Assembly (NCBI GenBank): GCA_034226945.1
Contig: CP120465.1
Coordinates: 1 to 37,568, forward strand
Reading direction: 5' to 3'
From: Picochlorum sp. SENEW3
Taxonomy: Eukaryota
Length of the DNA stretch: 37,568 nt
The translations under genes and the position numbers were made by a program. Positions 34,000-37,568 of the stretch are shown here, one piece after another; the stretch's first letter is position 1; each line of letters opens with the position of its first letter. The notes beneath the pieces were generated by a model that saw nothing but the letters and a program-made list of their open reading frames with translations, searched no databases and was not told where the DNA came from.

Positions 34000-34749
34000 T
34001 TAGTGAAGGTTAATAGCATCATTGAGATAAATACATAAAAGAATGGTAAACACATATGCTTGAAGACATGCCACACCAATTTCTAAACCAGTTAAAGCTA
34101 GAACAACGCCAAAGGGTACGACACTTGCAACAGCTAGAATACCACCAACGCTCAACATGGTCCATGCAAATCCACTGAGAATTTTCACCAGTGTATGTCC
34201 AGCCATCATATTGGCAAACAGTCGAACACCAAGACTTACAGCACGAAAACTATAACTCACCAGTTCTAATACCACAAGAAGTGGAGCCAGGGCTAAAGGG
34301 GCTCCCTTTGGAAGAAGAAAGCTTAAAAAGTGGAGTCCATGGGTTTGAAATCCAATCAATGTGACACCCACAAATAAACTTAGAGATAAACCAAAGGTCA
34401 CAACCATATGACTGGTTGCTGTAAAACTATAGGGAATCATACCAATTAAATTCGTACTGAGTAAAAATAAAAACGTTGTAAAAATCAGTGGAAAATATCG
34501 ACGTCCCACAGTACCAATTTGTTCGGATACAAGACCTACAACAAATTCATAGATCATTTCCACAAGACTCTGCCAACGACCTGGTACCACAAAACCTCCT
34601 TGACGTGTTACAGCATAGAGCAGTGTGGACACCAGAGCTGTTGCCAATAACATATACAAACTACTGTTGGTAAAGTTAAGATAGTAATGTCCCAGGTGAA
34701 GTGGAATAAAACTGACAATGGTAAATTGTTCAAGTGGTGTTGAAATCAT
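34000..34749 (-). CDS. atp6: ATP synthase subunit 6 (a)
   Basis: TPLEQF, NLIGMIPYSFT, SLGVRLFANMMAGH, LQAYVFTIL. Confidence 0.98.
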   Translation of the reverse strand: MISTPLEQFTIVSFIPLHLGHYYLNFTNSSLYMLLATALVSTLLYAVTRQGGFVVPGRWQSLVEMIYEFVVGLVSEQIGTVGRRYFPLIFTTFLFLLSTNLIGMIPYSFTATSHMVVTFGLSLSLFVGVTLIGFQTHGLHFLSFLLPKGAPLALAPLLVVLELVSYSFRAVSLGVRLFANMMAGHTLVKILSGFAWTMLSVGGILAVASVVPFGVVLALTGLEIGVACLQAYVFTILLCIYLNDAINLH

Positions 34750-35035
34750 ATGGACTATACGATGTTTTTTGATTTGATGCTCGAGTATGGCCAGTATCGT
34801 ATGACCATAGATCAAACCGTGACAAATGGCTGAAATACGTCTCTCTATTCATGTCTATCATATAGAGAAACACAGGACATTCTCACCCAGAAATGCTCCA
34901 TATTTCTCGCCTCTCTTGTCTATTGTATGGTGGTGGTGTATCCACAAGAATCCACCCAAAACACATAGAGATCAATCCCGCTGTGTCAACTCATGTGTAT
35001 CACGCATTGGACATATGAGTATATTGCAGGGTATA

Positions 35036-35107
35036 TCTCCAGTAGCTCAGTGGCAGAGCATGTGGCTGTTAACCATATGGTCGCTGGTTCAAATCCAGCC
35101 TGGGGAG
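35036..35107 (+). tRNA. trnN: tRNA-Asn(GUU)
   Basis: TCTCCAG/CTGGGGA acceptor, anticodon GTT. Confidence 0.95.
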
Positions 35108-35135
35108 ACCCTTGAGAAAACATATCAATCTCTTT

Positions 35136-36311
35136 ATGAAGCGCGTATCTATGATGAAACAACCGCTTTTATCCATTGTCAACGATCATGTATCAGATTA
35201 TCCATCTCCAAGTAATTTAAATTATTTTTGGAGCTTTGGAAGCATTGCTGGTATTTGTCTTGTGGTACAAATTGCTACAGGTATTTTTCTTGCCATGCAC
35301 TATACACCCCACGTGGATCTTGCTTTTGCAAGTGTAGAACACATTATGCGTGATGTGGAAGGCGGATGGTTTTTACGCTATATGCATGCCAATGGCGCCA
35401 GTATGTTTTTTATTGTGGTCTATTTACATATGTTTCGTGGTCTCTACTATGGAAGCTATGCTCAACCACGTGAATTATTATGGTGTATTGGTGTTGTTAT
35501 TTTATTACTCATGATTATTACCGCCTTTATTGGATATGTACTTCCATGGGGGCAAATGAGTTTTTGGGGAGCCACAGTGATTACCAGTCTTGCAAGTGCG
35601 ATTCCTGTGGTTGGTGATAGTATTGTGACATGGTTATGGGGTGGATTTTCCATTGATAATGCTACATTAAATCGATTTTTTAGTCTTCACTATTTATTAC
35701 CCTTTATTATTGCTGGAGCGAGTGTGGTCCATCTTGCAGCACTTCATCAATATGGATCAAATAATCCACTTGGTACAAATAGTGCTGTGGATAAACTCAG
35801 TCTGTATCCCTATTTTTATGTCAAAGATCTTGTAGCATGGGTGGTGTTTGCCATGGTGTTTTCTATCTTTGTGTATTTTTACCCAAATACATTAGGACAT
35901 CCAGATAATTATATTCCAGCCAATCCTATGTCAACACCGGCTCATATTGTACCAGAATGGTATTTTTTATGGGTCTATGCTATTTTACGTAGTATTCCCA
36001 ATAAATTAGGTGGTGTTGCAGCCATTGCTCTGGTGTTTATTTCACTCCTTCTTTTACCATTTATGAATACCTCACCAATTCGTAGCAGCAACTTTCGTCC
36101 ACTCTATAAACGTCTCTACTGGCTTTTAGTGGCTGATGTTGTGATGCTCAGTTGGCTGGGACAACAACCAGTAGAAGATCCCTATATTACCCTAGGACAA
36201 CTGGGAAGTGTCTATTTCTTTATCTATTTTTTAGTATGTATTCCACTTTTAGGCCGTGTAGAACATGCACTACTGACCTATAAGACATCAAACACAACCA
36301 TGTCGTATTAA
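35136..36311 (+). CDS. cob: apocytochrome b (no introns)
   Basis: [40 protein letters not shown]. Confidence 0.99.
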   Translation: MKRVSMMKQPLLSIVNDHVSDYPSPSNLNYFWSFGSIAGICLVVQIATGIFLAMHYTPHVDLAFASVEHIMRDVEGGWFLRYMHANGASMFFIVVYLHMFRGLYYGSYAQPRELLWCIGVVILLLMIITAFIGYVLPWGQMSFWGATVITSLASAIPVVGDSIVTWLWGGFSIDNATLNRFFSLHYLLPFIIAGASVVHLAALHQYGSNNPLGTNSAVDKLSLYPYFYVKDLVAWVVFAMVFSIFVYFYPNTLGHPDNYIPANPMSTPAHIVPEWYFLWVYAILRSIPNKLGGVAAIALVFISLLLLPFMNTSPIRSSNFRPLYKRLYWLLVADVVMLSWLGQQPVEDPYITLGQLGSVYFFIYFLVCIPLLGRVEHALLTYKTSNTTMSY

Positions 36312-36424
36312 AGAGACATGGTCTATGTACAAAGAGTACATTGATACATATGTCAATGACATCTATTGTATCCATGTATGTCTATGTGCACATGTATTCT
36401 TATTCTTGTTGTAAGAATACATCA

Positions 36425-36498
36425 GAGGACATAGCTTAGTTGGTCAGAGTATTGGCCTGTCACGCCAAAGGTCGCGGGTTCGAGCCCCGTTGTCCTCG
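36425..36498 (+). tRNA. trnD: tRNA-Asp(GUC)
   Basis: GAGGACA/TGTCCTC acceptor, TTGGC-CT-GTC-AC-GCCAA arm. Confidence 0.95.
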
Positions 36499-36518
36499 AT
36501 GAAATACAAAATATATAT

Positions 36519-36872
36519 ATGCAAGAATTTCTAGGTATTTTTCTGTATTTTGCCATTGCCACAGCATTGGCAAGTGTGTTAGCAGGTGTATCCTATATCT
36601 TTAGTACACAACGGCCTGATGCGGAAAAAATTTCCGCATACGAATGTGGGTTTGATCCCTTTGATGATTCACGTGGTCAATTTGATGTTCAATTTTATCT
36701 TGTGGCCATTTTATTTATTATTTTTGATCTTGAAGTGACATTTCTTTTTCCATGGACAGTGGTTCTTGGAGAAATTGGTGGCGTTGGTTTTACATCCATG
36801 ATGGTATTCCTTGGTGTGCTCACAGTGGGCTTTGTGTATGAATGGCGTAAAGGAGCACTTGATTGGTCCTAA
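36519..36872 (+). CDS. nad3: NADH dehydrogenase subunit 3
   Basis: EKISAYECGFDPF, FIIFDLE, YEWRKGALDW. Confidence 0.99.
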   Translation: MQEFLGIFLYFAIATALASVLAGVSYIFSTQRPDAEKISAYECGFDPFDDSRGQFDVQFYLVAILFIIFDLEVTFLFPWTVVLGEIGGVGFTSMMVFLGVLTVGFVYEWRKGALDWS

Positions 36873-36939
36873 AGAGTGCTCTAGAAACATGCCTGATTGT
36901 GTATCTATGTCGACACCATGTCACGAGAGACACGAGTAT

Positions 36940-37012
36940 GGGTATGTAGCTCAGTTGGTAGAGCACCGGGCTTTTAACCTGATGGTCGTGGGTTCAAGTC
37001 CCCCCATACCCA
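36940..37012 (+). tRNA. trnK: tRNA-Lys(UUU)
   Basis: GGGTATG/CATACCC acceptor, anticodon TTT. Confidence 0.94.
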
Positions 37013-37018
37013 CAGGCT

Positions 37019-37092
37019 GGCGGAGAAGAGAAAATGGTTGTCTCGTCAGGCTCATAATCTGAAGATTGTAGGTTCGAGTCCTACCTCCGCTC
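37019..37092 (+). tRNA. trnfM: initiator tRNA-fMet(CAU)
   Basis: TCAGG-CT-CAT-AA-TCTGA arm and GAG/CTC D-stem as in green-plant mitochondrial fMet tRNA. Confidence 0.85.
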
Positions 37093-37223
37093 CAACACCT
37101 CTCTTTGAGATGATATATATATTTCGTGATACTCTCTCTAGTATGCATACAACACATGATACGTGCTCTAGCATATGTATATCGACAAGAGAGTGTCTGC
37201 TGGATTTTTAAAAACACCTTTTT

Positions 37224-37568
37224 ATGACACATTGGACATGGTTACCAAGTAGTGTATGGCAACACTCGCGACAAGGTATTGCTCGACATCGTGGATGGCA
37301 TCCCAGCACAACATCCCTCGTATACGGTGAACGGGACGGTATGGTGGTATCTACATCACCTCAATATCGTCGTGGTGTTCTACGTGCAGCTCGTGTGCTG
37401 TATGATATTATTCAACAAGGTGGTCACGTCTGGGTTGTGAATACATCACCTCAGTGTGCTTTTGTGGTTCAAGGACTCTCTCACATGCATCGTGAGTCTG
37501 TTAGTTATAGTAGTCATGCATGGACCCCTGGTACCCTGACAAACTGGTCTAGTGTGTCTCGTTCGGTA
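37224..37568 (+). CDS. rps2: ribosomal protein S2, N-terminal part (continues at base 1)
   Basis: ATG 37224 opens 115 codons with no stop: WHPSTTSLVYGERDG...GGHVWVVNT...WTPGTLTNW (uS2 motif); missed by the ORF track because it crosses the window edge. Confidence 0.9.
   Translation, partial: MTHWTWLPSSVWQHSRQGIARHRGWHPSTTSLVYGERDGMVVSTSPQYRRGVLRAARVLYDIIQQGGHVWVVNTSPQCAFVVQGLSHMHRESVSYSSHAWTPGTLTNWSSVSRSV

Noticed and set aside
33527..35035. RNase P RNA, tmRNA or group II intron remnants in the larger spacers
   Set aside because: No P4-helix signature, tRNA-like domain or domain V motif seen by eye; a covariance-model search would be needed to exclude very divergent copies
34826..35215. 129-aa ORF in the largest spacer
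   Set aside because: Overlaps trnN and the start of cob in another frame, has no motif and lacks the A-tract leader
36298..36420. Short hairpins after cob (ACCATGTC/GACATGGT, GTATTCTTA/TAAGAATAC)
   Set aside because: Short inverted repeats are expected by chance in RY-alternating spacers; nothing supports a function

Overview
This window looks like a complete circular mitochondrial genome of a green alga. Gene content is Chlorellales/Trebouxiophyceae-like; a Picochlorum-type organism is a plausible but unverified guess. rps2 runs off the end of the window and continues in frame at base 1. I find 33 conserved protein genes (nad1-7, nad4L, nad9, cob, cox1-3, atp1/4/6/8/9, tatC, rps2/3/4/7/10/11/12/13/14/19, rpl5/6/10/16), rns, rnl, rrn5 and 25 tRNAs, using the standard genetic code. 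rnl carries three group I introns (about L1931, L2262, L2500), each with a LAGLIDADG homing-endonuclease ORF. Seven core genes are broken by eight single-base deficits in homopolymer runs, most likely sequencing error. The most interesting signal concerns translation initiation: the SSU rRNA has lost the CCUCC anti-Shine-Dalgarno and has a U-rich tail, while 29 of 33 genes carry an A4-A9 tract about 12 nt upstream of the start codon, a candidate alternative initiation system. Other notable points: short tandem arrays at gene 3' ends (one supplies the rps12 stop codon and interrupts an otherwise in-frame rps12-rps7 fusion), a strong purine-pyrimidine alternation bias that reshapes protein composition, stop codons buried inside a tRNA and an rRNA exon, and no visible AUA-decoding tRNA. 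All counts were made by hand.
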